Positions 56,286-64,000 of a stretch of 64,000 nt of DNA are shown here, piece after piece. The position numbers and the translations under genes were made by a program. The DNA comes from Candidatus Obscuribacteraceae bacterium (GTDB taxonomy: Bacteria > Cyanobacteriota > Vampirovibrionia > Obscuribacterales > Obscuribacteraceae). Under the pieces are notes generated by a model. That model made no database searches, had not been told where the DNA came from, and saw only the letters and a list, made by a program, of their open reading frames with translations. The stretch is from positions 32,001-96,000 of the forward strand of contig JBGAHS010000005.1 in NCBI GenBank assembly GCA_044226015.1. Reading direction: 5' to 3'. Position 1 is the stretch's first letter, and every line of letters begins with the position of its first letter.

Positions 56286-56957
56286 ATGGCAAAAATTCTA
56301 CTAGTCGAAGACAATCAAGAGCTAGCGCAGCGACTCATAGAGTGGCTCAAATTCAACAAATACACCGTTGAACATGCAGCTAATGGTGAAGATGCCTGTG
56401 AGTTGCTCGATCTTTCTGCTTTTGACATAGTGGTCCTCGATTGGGACCTTCCAGGTAAGTCAGGACTGGAGGTATGTAAATCGTTGCGCACTAAAGGCGG
56501 TACCATTCCTGTGTTGATGCTTACCGGGAAAGATGCCGCTATGGACAAAGTTAGTGCCCTTGATGCAGGTGCAGACGACTACGTAACAAAGCCCTTCAAC
56601 TCGGAAGAGCTTGGTGCAAGAATCAGAGCCCTTTTAAGAAGAGGAAAGGTCGAAAGCTCTAGTAAGCTCGTTGCTGGGGCGCTTGAACTTGATAGGACCT
56701 CTCATGAGGTTTGTCTCAACGGCAAGAAATTGCGTCTCTTCCCAAAAGAATACTCTATGCTTGAGTTATTCATGAACAATCAGAACAGAGTATTCAGCCT
56801 TGATGATATTCTCAATGCCATTTGGACTATGGATTCGTCAGGCTCTGAGGAAACTGTCCGCACCTTCATGAAGACATTGCGCCGCAAGGTCACTGCTGAG
56901 GGTGGCGAGTGTCCTATAAAGACTGTTTATGGATTTGGATATAAATTCGAAGTTTGA
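56286..56957 (+). CDS. OmpR/PhoB-family response regulator
   Basis: LLVEDN, VLDWDLPG, MLT, GADDYVTKPF, winged helix with KE..LL and TVYGFGY. Confidence 0.95.
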   Translation: MAKILLVEDNQELAQRLIEWLKFNKYTVEHAANGEDACELLDLSAFDIVVLDWDLPGKSGLEVCKSLRTKGGTIPVLMLTGKDAAMDKVSALDAGADDYVTKPFNSEELGARIRALLRRGKVESSSKLVAGALELDRTSHEVCLNGKKLRLFPKEYSMLELFMNNQNRVFSLDDILNAIWTMDSSGSEETVRTFMKTLRRKVTAEGGECPIKTVYGFGYKFEV

Positions 56958-57745
56958 GGCGCCTTATGTCGATAAAATTCAATATCAGCTTTCTGTTGAT
57001 TTTGTTGTTTCAGTTGACGCTTCTGGCGGGTCCACGTGATGTCTGTGCAAAATCGGAAAAGACTGAAAAGTCAGAGCATAGCTCGAAGCCTGATCAGCTC
57101 TCGGATGATGCTGCAATCTATCTCTCTGGTGAATACGATACCGCTCTAGCTAAGTTTCAACAGCTGGATAAAGATGCGCCTGAGAATGCAAGAACTCAGT
57201 ATTATCTAGGACTCTGTTCGATGCGTTTAAGAGACCAGGAAGCGGCAGCTAAGTACTTTGAATTGATGAAGAAATTCGCCAAGGACGAGCAAAGTAAGCT
57301 GCTTGCTGAAACATGGCTAGCTAGAATTGAGCGTCATCAAAAGCACATTAGTGATAACTATTCGATATCGGCACCAACGGTCGCAAAAGAAAACGAGCCT
57401 GTAATCAGAGTCCTCTGGTTTTTTACAAACTGGTGCCCAAAATGCAAACGATTTCGTGAGCATTTCAATAATGCGGAGACGTTATTTCCTTCATTGAAGT
57501 TTGAGCAAATAAATTCAGAAGACCCCCAAAATTGGGAACTCGTTTCAAAATATAAGGTTCGGTCTTATCCAACGCTGGTTTATTTCGGCAAGAACGGCAA
57601 GATCATTGAGAATTTTGCTGGAGCTCCTATGGGTAATACTTTCAATGAGCACCTGATGTCCATGGGGGCAAAGCCTGCAGAACCGTCTTTGCCGTCCGTT
57701 GACGATGGCTCTCAGAGTCTGACTAAACAGGGTAAAACAAAGTAG
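56954..57745 (+). CDS. secreted TPR + thioredoxin-domain protein
   Basis: signal peptide (likely start ATG 56966), TPR (YYLGLC), WCPKC, SYPTL cis-Pro loop. Confidence 0.85.
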   Translation: MRRLMSIKFNISFLLILLFQLTLLAGPRDVCAKSEKTEKSEHSSKPDQLSDDAAIYLSGEYDTALAKFQQLDKDAPENARTQYYLGLCSMRLRDQEAAAKYFELMKKFAKDEQSKLLAETWLARIERHQKHISDNYSISAPTVAKENEPVIRVLWFFTNWCPKCKRFREHFNNAETLFPSLKFEQINSEDPQNWELVSKYKVRSYPTLVYFGKNGKIIENFAGAPMGNTFNEHLMSMGAKPAEPSLPSVDDGSQSLTKQGKTK

Positions 57746-57771
57746 ATGACTTTGTTTTCAAGGAAATTCAT

Positions 57772-58185
57772 ATGACTGTAATGTTGTGTCCTTGCAAAAG
57801 TGGGAAAGCCTATAAGGCTTGCTGTAAAGGATTTCATGAAGGTAAATTGCCAAAAACAGCTCTTGAGCTGATGCGCTCAAGATTTTCTGCTTATGCTCTG
57901 AGGCTGCCGGATTACATAATTGAGACTACTCATTCTGATAACCCGGGGCGGATAGCGGACCAAAAGTTGTGGCGAAAGGAAGTTCTGAAATTCTCCGAGC
58001 AGACAAGATTTGATGGTTTGAAAATCGAATCGTTCGAGCCAGGTGAGGAATCGTCCTTCGTATGCTTTACTGCGCAATTACGGCAGGGAAGTCGAGATGC
58101 TAGTTTTACGGAAAAAAGTCTTTTCGAAAAAGTAAATGGGAAGTGGCTATATAAATCAGGCGTCACTCAAGGAACAGTAAAATGA
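57772..58185 (+). CDS. ychJ: YchJ-family SEC-C metal-binding protein
   Basis: CPCKSGKAYKACC, ALELMRSRFSAY, EKSLFEKVNGKWLY. Confidence 0.9.
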   Translation: MTVMLCPCKSGKAYKACCKGFHEGKLPKTALELMRSRFSAYALRLPDYIIETTHSDNPGRIADQKLWRKEVLKFSEQTRFDGLKIESFEPGEESSFVCFTAQLRQGSRDASFTEKSLFEKVNGKWLYKSGVTQGTVK

Positions 58186-61100
58186 GCTTGTCGCTGTTCC
58201 AGCGTGGATTGATCCTCGTTGGAGTGCCGCTCTTATTGGAAATTTTGCTGATAAGTTCGCTCTCTTTCTTGCTTTACCAGTCTGCCGAGGAGCGACTTCA
58301 AGAAAATAAGTACAGAAAGTTCGCCTCAGAAGTTGCTAGCTTGATAGGTTATGTATCCAGTGCGCCTTTCGAATTGGCATCTTCAATTCAATCGCGAGAT
58401 GAGAAACACTTTCGCCGATATGAGTCTCAAGTCCTGAGGTCGCGAAAAGCACTGGACGAAGTTGGACAGATAATCAAAGACATTCCTGAGGTTACTCAGA
58501 GTGATTATGATGAGCTGAAGAAGAGTGTGGATGCTGTTTTTGACGTAACTAAAGATATTGCTGCAAAGCGCAAGGACGTTGATAGTTTTAATACCATTGA
58601 AAAGATGGAGTCCTTTCAAGCAACTCTATCTAAGACCAAAAGGTCCTGTTATCTACATTTAGAGCGCATGTTCGATGTGGGTGATGAAATGACAGAAATC
58701 GCTCAGGCAAAGCTGAACAGAACGCAAGAGATTCAACTTCTTATAGTTCAAATAGGAATAGTAGCCAATCTTCTGGTCGCAGTCGCCCTTACTTTCTTTT
58801 TCAAAAGAGGCATTTCTCAAAGAATCGGTGTCATAGCTGAAAACACAAACGCACTTGCACGCGGTGATTCGTTGCTGTCAGAGTTGGGCGGAACTGATGA
58901 AATTGGAAAGTTCGACCATGCCTTTCACAAAATGCTAGAGCAATTGGCAGCTGCATCTAAGAATGAAAAGGACCTATTCGAAAACGCCAGTGATGTAATT
59001 CTAGTTCTCGATGCTGACGGGAAATTTGAACGAGTTAGTCCAGCATCTAATAAGGATTGGCACTATAGCCCAGATGAATTACTAGGGAAGTCGTTGGACA
59101 CTATTTTGCCCGCTTCCGAAAAAGAATCTGTTCTGCTGCATTTGGAGAATGTTCGAAACAATCTCGACCGTCCGAGTTTCGAATCTATCATACTCACTAA
59201 AAACTCGTCTGAACGAGTTGGTTTATGGTCGGCCTATTGGTCTAGCGAAGAAAGCAAAATGTACTGTATTGTCCATGACGCTACTGAAGCCAGGTCGATA
59301 GAAAATGAGCGTAAAAAGTTTCTGGAACTAATAAGTTCAGATCTCAAAATACCACTGCAAGTCATTTCTGATTCCTTTCGCAAGATTGGAACTATATTTG
59401 GTGCTGATGTCTCACCAAAGCTGACTGAGAAGCTCGACATGACACGCAAAAATTTGCGTAGACTGCTTGCTCTCGTTAATGATTTGCTTTTGGTCAGTCA
59501 GATGGAAAGCGGCAGTTTTGAGCTAGATTTGCAAAGTCAGGATCTAAACGAGCTAATGAGAAGTGCTGCTGCTGATCTTGAAGCACTTCTTTCCAATAAG
59601 CAAATTGAATTGCTGGTTCAAGATTGTGATAGCTGTGTTTTTGCCGACCATGGGCGAGTTGTTCAGGTTATCGTCAATCTGCTTTCCAACGCGGTTAAGT
59701 TCTCTGCAAAGCAAAGTCAAATAACTCTGACTGGAAGAATAAGTGAAGACGATTTAGACTCTGTAAGAATAGAAGTTCGCGATCAGGGGCGAGGAGTTCC
59801 TCCATCACACATCGACAAAATTTTTGAGAAATTTAGTCAGGTGGAGGTCGCCGACGGAAAGCGTAAGGCTGGCACGGGGCTGGGCTTGCCGATTTGCAAA
59901 CAGATAATTGAGCTGCACGGCGGCAAAATTGGTGTGAATTCAGTTGAAAATCAAGGCAGTACCTTTTGGTTCACCCTGCCCCGCAATCAATCGGCTTTTG
60001 AAAAAACTATCGCTTCCTCTTCCATTAGTGAAACAGCGCTGGCTGAGCAAAAGGCGCCAACGGATCCTGTCGCGGCAGTGCCATTTGACCGTCTTAACTC
60101 CGGGGCTGAAGCGGCTAGTAATGTTGACCATAAAGAACTTGCAAGTGTGGGTCATGAAGGCACTCTTCAAACCACTCTTAGAACCAACTCAGATTTTGCC
60201 TCGAAGTTAAGCCGGCAATCTCATGAGCAATCAGCGCAAGAACTCGATAGTGCGAGGACACAGTACAATCATAATTTTTTGAGTAACTTTTTTTCGGGGC
60301 TCAGCATGGGGCAGAAAGGCACGCTGCTCGTTGCTGTGCCACTCGCGGCCGAAATTGTACTTTCAGGATTCTTGTTTCAGTCTTTGTTGCAGACCCAACA
60401 CTATCGCATGAGAGAACTCCATCGTCGCCAGGTGGCGCTTACTGCAAGCAAGTTATCCAAATTTATTCTCTATTCTTCAGGCTCAGTAGTAAACAATGTA
60501 AAAAGCTTCCGGTGGGATCGTTTTTTGAAAAGTATCAAAGCTTGTAGAACACTTGAGGTTATACTGAATGATCTTGTTGCGGAAGACCCGTTCGAGCGCA
60601 AAGAGTTTGAGCAGTTTATGCGCCTGGCCGGCAACTTAAATGAATACAGTCTAAAACTCGTGAAAAGCAATCTCGCAAATTCCAACGAAGGGGTTGCGAG
60701 TTTGCTACAGGAAAAGGTACGGCATCTTAAGGATGTAGCCGCCGTCTGTACTCACCTGCGAAATATTATTCACGAAGCCGAGAAAAAAGAATTTGCCAGC
60801 CCCGAGCGTGAGCTGAGCCAGAGGCATATCCAGGTTATGCTGTTATATTTAGCCTTATTTATAAACATTGCCTTCTCAGTATTTCTGTCAATCTTATTCA
60901 GTGTTGGCGTATCTAAACGCATCCTCGTTATGGCTGACAACGCCAGGCGTTTGGCAAACGATGACCGTCTCAACCCTCTTATTGGCGGAAAGGATGAGTT
61001 GGCTAGATTGGACCAGGCATTTCACCATACCGCCAATCTGTTAGCAGAGGCACGAAGAAAAGAACGCGCTGTCCTTGATAATTCAAAAGATGTGCTCTGT

Positions 61101-62108
61101 GTCTTATCTCGGGAAGGTCAATTCGTTAGTGTTAATCACGCTGCGACACAATATTGGGGTTTTGATAAACGTGAGCTGCTCTCAATGAATGTGAAGCAGA
61201 TTATGAACTCTGCAGATTTCGAGCTGCTCAAAAATGCTGTTCTTAATGATACTGCCGGTGGTGATACTCTCGTTGCTTTAGAGTTGAATGTAATGCGTGA
61301 GAACGGCTCTTCAGTACCAGTTTTGTGGTCAGCCACGCGACGATTGGGTCAGGAAAATATTTTTTGTGTTGTGCATGATATAACGAATAAGCGTGCTCTA
61401 GAAGAGCTTAGAAGAGAATTCCTGGCTATGGTGAGCCACGACTTGCGAACTCCGCTTACCTCCATAGTTGTGGTCGCCTCTTTGTTGGAAGCCGGGGCGT
61501 TTGGTCCAATTCCATCCGAATGCGCAGAACCAATAGCAACTGTGAAATTGAATGTACAGTCCTTGCTTGAGCTAATTAGCGATATTCTCGATTTGGAGAA
61601 ATTGTCTGCTGGCAAGATGCAACTCAACTTGAGTAAGGTGGCATGGTCTTCTGTTGTCTTGCAAATGCACAATCTGGCGCTGACACTTCGTTGTCCTTTT
61701 GACGTGGATATAAGCGAAGAACTAGCTGACGAATTAGTAGAGATAGACGAAGAGCGCTTAGTTCATGCATTGATGAGTCTAGCCAAATACCTTGCCTTTC
61801 ACACACCCGACGAGGCAGGGCGATCCATCCAAGTTTCTTTTGAACGACTGAATGACGGAATGAAGGTCGTTATTGGTGATAACAGCTCAACGCAGGCTGA
61901 CGGTTTGCAGACTTTGTTCGACACTGAAAACAGGGCGGCAAAAACTGTTCTTATGAGAGATGAGACTTTCCATCCAGAAATAGCAGTTCCTCTGGCCAAG
62001 AAAATAATTGATTCGCATTCCGGAGAAATCGAGTTTCTGTTTGGTAACTCAGGCAATAGATTAGATATATTTCTTTTCCGAAAGTCAGAAACAGCCGGCA
62101 AATCCTGA
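58182..62108 (+). CDS. tandem double sensor histidine kinase, 2x (TM-sensor-TM-HAMP-PAS-HisKA-HATPase)
   Basis: module 1: SSDLKIPL with intact N/G1/F/G2 boxes; module 2: SHDLRTPL with degenerate ATP-binding boxes; ATGA overlap with ychJ. Confidence 0.92.
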   Translation: MSLSLFQRGLILVGVPLLLEILLISSLSFLLYQSAEERLQENKYRKFASEVASLIGYVSSAPFELASSIQSRDEKHFRRYESQVLRSRKALDEVGQIIKDIPEVTQSDYDELKKSVDAVFDVTKDIAAKRKDVDSFNTIEKMESFQATLSKTKRSCYLHLERMFDVGDEMTEIAQAKLNRTQEIQLLIVQIGIVANLLVAVALTFFFKRGISQRIGVIAENTNALARGDSLLSELGGTDEIGKFDHAFHKMLEQLAAASKNEKDLFENASDVILVLDADGKFERVSPASNKDWHYSPDELLGKSLDTILPASEKESVLLHLENVRNNLDRPSFESIILTKNSSERVGLWSAYWSSEESKMYCIVHDATEARSIENERKKFLELISSDLKIPLQVISDSFRKIGTIFGADVSPKLTEKLDMTRKNLRRLLALVNDLLLVSQMESGSFELDLQSQDLNELMRSAAADLEALLSNKQIELLVQDCDSCVFADHGRVVQVIVNLLSNAVKFSAKQSQITLTGRISEDDLDSVRIEVRDQGRGVPPSHIDKIFEKFSQVEVADGKRKAGTGLGLPICKQIIELHGGKIGVNSVENQGSTFWFTLPRNQSAFEKTIASSSISETALAEQKAPTDPVAAVPFDRLNSGAEAASNVDHKELASVGHEGTLQTTLRTNSDFASKLSRQSHEQSAQELDSARTQYNHNFLSNFFSGLSMGQKGTLLVAVPLAAEIVLSGFLFQSLLQTQHYRMRELHRRQVALTASKLSKFILYSSGSVVNNVKSFRWDRFLKSIKACRTLEVILNDLVAEDPFERKEFEQFMRLAGNLNEYSLKLVKSNLANSNEGVASLLQEKVRHLKDVAAVCTHLRNIIHEAEKKEFASPERELSQRHIQVMLLYLALFINIAFSVFLSILFSVGVSKRILVMADNARRLANDDRLNPLIGGKDELARLDQAFHHTANLLAEARRKERAVLDNSKDVLCVLSREGQFVSVNHAATQYWGFDKRELLSMNVKQIMNSADFELLKNAVLNDTAGGDTLVALELNVMRENGSSVPVLWSATRRLGQENIFCVVHDITNKRALEELRREFLAMVSHDLRTPLTSIVVVASLLEAGAFGPIPSECAEPIATVKLNVQSLLELISDILDLEKLSAGKMQLNLSKVAWSSVVLQMHNLALTLRCPFDVDISEELADELVEIDEERLVHALMSLAKYLAFHTPDEAGRSIQVSFERLNDGMKVVIGDNSSTQADGLQTLFDTENRAAKTVLMRDETFHPEIAVPLAKKIIDSHSGEIEFLFGNSGNRLDIFLFRKSETAGKS

Positions 62109-62246
62109 CGTAAAAAGTCGGCGTACTGTCCGAAAAACTTTACAAGCAAAGGGTTAATGGGAATTCCACCATTCACGCCGACGCCTGACGAATCTATATT
62201 TAACCCAAACCCCCGCATTTTAACGACTAGGCATGGTAGCCGGGAC

Positions 62247-64000
62247 ATGAATGTGAAAATAAAATCGCTCTTCTGCATAATTCTGGCCTTTCTGGTAGAG
62301 ATTCAATTTTCTGGCATTGCGGCCTACGCTGAGCAAAACATAGCTCAGATGCCAGTGATAGTGTCTCCTCTTCATGGAGGAGTTGAAGTTGTCACCAAGA
62401 ATGGTGCCCATATAATTCGAAAAGTGCGACGAGTTCGATATTACAAACGAAGTGCAGGCACGCGCAGTGTAAGGCGCTATCACGTTGTGCGTCACACTCG
62501 CAGGTCTCATGCACCAGCGACCACTACTCACACTCGAGTCGGGGACAAGATCGTAAACAGACCGACAGCGGCTTCGGCAGCCGCTCACAATGCTCACAAT
62601 TTGACACCACATCCAACTAATGTGGAACTTCCGCGCAATATCGTTGAGCCTTTGATTATTCATGGAATGGACAATCTCAAGGCCGGTAAGCGCTACATTG
62701 AATTGGTTGAGAGAGACGGTAAGCTCTTCATAAAAGAGGACGGTGATATCGACCCCAACGGCATGTTTGTCGAGGTCGAAGAAGAAGACGGTGTTTGGAA
62801 AATCAAAGGCACCGACATTGTTATTGATTACGCTAATACATTCGACCTTGCTAAGGTTCCACCTGGTGTGAAAGCTTACTTGCGTCCATCGACAGATTAC
62901 ATTGCGCCTGATGAGTCTTATGTTCAATATAAGGAAGGCGCGAATGACGTCATACCTATAAAAGAAGATACAATTCCTCCGCTTGTCGATGCTGGTGACT
63001 ATGTAGAAGTGCACCAGGTTGCAGCCGATGGCGATTTTGCGCCAGGAACCTGGGAAACTGTTGAAGTGCCTGTTGGACAGAGCTCTGTTCCTGGTGGAAC
63101 TGAACTTGTTCCAACTACAGTGACTGGCGGTCCAGGCGTGACTGTTCCAGGTGGACCAGGCGTAGTAACTGAAGTTCCTTTGGGTCCAGGTGGACCAGGC
63201 GTTGTTGCTGTACCAGGTGTACCCGTATCGGGTGGACCGCTCATGACGGGCGGACCAGGCATACCAGTAACAGGCGTTCCAATCGGTGGCGGACCTGGCG
63301 GTGTGCCAGTCAGAGCAGGTGGTGTGCCAGTGGCAGGAATTCCAATGGGAGCTCCTCCAGTTACGCCTCCCGCAACTCCGGCAACTGAAGCTGCCCCTGT
63401 GCCTCCGGCAGTGCCCGTAATTCCTCCAGTCGCAGAAGTTCCTCCGGCAGCTGGTATTCCAGCTCCTGGTTTTCCGATGGCTTCTCCTGACGCACCCGGC
63501 ACGGTGACACCATTTGTACCTGTTGGATCTGTTCCACCACCAGCAGCTGGTGGCAGAGGCTTTGGCTTACCTGGCGGCATCCTTCCAGCTCTCCTCGGAG
63601 CTGGTGCATTGGGCGCCATTGTTCCACTCGCATTGATGAACCGTGGTGGCGGGGGCGGTGGCGGCGGTGGATTTTATCCAGTACCCGTTGGTACTCCTGG
63701 ACAGCCTGTGATTACCGGCGGCACTCCGGGAATCACACCAACACCAGTTGTTTCACCTCCGGTTACCCCTCCTGTTACACCTCCCGTTTGCAACAACCCT
63801 CCGCCATGTAACCCTCCGGGTGGCGGCGGTGGTGATTGTGGCGGCGGTCACGGTGGTGGTGGTCATGGTGGCGGTCACGGTGGTGGTGGTCATGGTGGCG
63901 GCGGTCATGGCGGTGGCGACAACTGCGGACCAGGTGGTCATGGTGGCGGAAATGGCGGACATCATGGTGGTGACAACTGTGGACCAGGCGGTCACCATGG
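62247..64000 (+). CDS. secreted Pro/Gly/Val-rich then Gly/His/Cys-rich protein, truncated by the window edge (absent from ORF track)
   Basis: manual translation is open from ATG 62247 (MNVKIKSLFCIILAFLVEIQFSGIAAYA) to the end, about 584 codons without a stop. Confidence 0.85.
   Translation, partial: MNVKIKSLFCIILAFLVEIQFSGIAAYAEQNIAQMPVIVSPLHGGVEVVTKNGAHIIRKVRRVRYYKRSAGTRSVRRYHVVRHTRRSHAPATTTHTRVGDKIVNRPTAASAAAHNAHNLTPHPTNVELPRNIVEPLIIHGMDNLKAGKRYIELVERDGKLFIKEDGDIDPNGMFVEVEEEDGVWKIKGTDIVIDYANTFDLAKVPPGVKAYLRPSTDYIAPDESYVQYKEGANDVIPIKEDTIPPLVDAGDYVEVHQVAADGDFAPGTWETVEVPVGQSSVPGGTELVPTTVTGGPGVTVPGGPGVVTEVPLGPGGPGVVAVPGVPVSGGPLMTGGPGIPVTGVPIGGGPGGVPVRAGGVPVAGIPMGAPPVTPPATPATEAAPVPPAVPVIPPVAEVPPAAGIPAPGFPMASPDAPGTVTPFVPVGSVPPPAAGGRGFGLPGGILPALLGAGALGAIVPLALMNRGGGGGGGGGFYPVPVGTPGQPVITGGTPGITPTPVVSPPVTPPVTPPVCNNPPPCNPPGGGGGDCGGGHGGGGHGGGHGGGGHGGGGHGGGDNCGPGGHGGGNGGHHGGDNCGPGGHH

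Noticed and set aside
62095..62245. c-di-GMP-I riboswitch (GGCAAA...GCAAAG...ATGGTAGCCGGG)
   Set aside because: Fragments are too far apart, the P2 GNRA hairpin and receptor are missing, and the first motif lies inside the upstream CDS
61799..63998. Minus-strand ORFs 61799-62278, 62220-63014, 62999-63619, 63361-63633, 63753-63998
   Set aside because: Antisense to the double kinase or to the long open + frame from 62247

Overview
Bacterial chromosomal segment. Gene content (Hanks-type Ser/Thr kinases, TPR proteins, many lineage-specific secreted proteins, a 4,300-aa beta-helix-type protein) resembles Melainabacteria/Obscuribacterales, but that assignment is inference only. Left to right: TPR protein, Ser/Thr kinase with a DsrE-like tail, C39 peptidase and a tRNA-Arg(UCG). 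The tRNA is followed by a ~7-kb accessory island with IS3-family debris, a KAP-family P-loop NTPase and two PD-(D/E)XK-like nuclease candidates (possible defence island). Then come a 12.9-kb Gly/Ser/Thr/Asn-rich adhesin-like gene, a beta-CASP MBL hydrolase and a tandem USP. At 33.9-36.0 kb is an unusual locus: a tandem duplication of a 68-aa ORF, each copy followed by a purine-rich minisatellite, next to a divergent sigma70-type promoter driving a ~200-nt highly base-paired candidate ncRNA (6S-like). Further right are an esterase, bestrophin, cupin, molybdopterin oxidoreductase, a second kinase and a GH3 glucosidase. A two-component operon ends in a 1,308-aa double histidine kinase whose two halves have lost complementary catalytic parts. 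A Pro/Gly/His-rich secreted ORF that the ORF track missed runs off the right edge. All calls come from reading motifs by eye; no searches were run.
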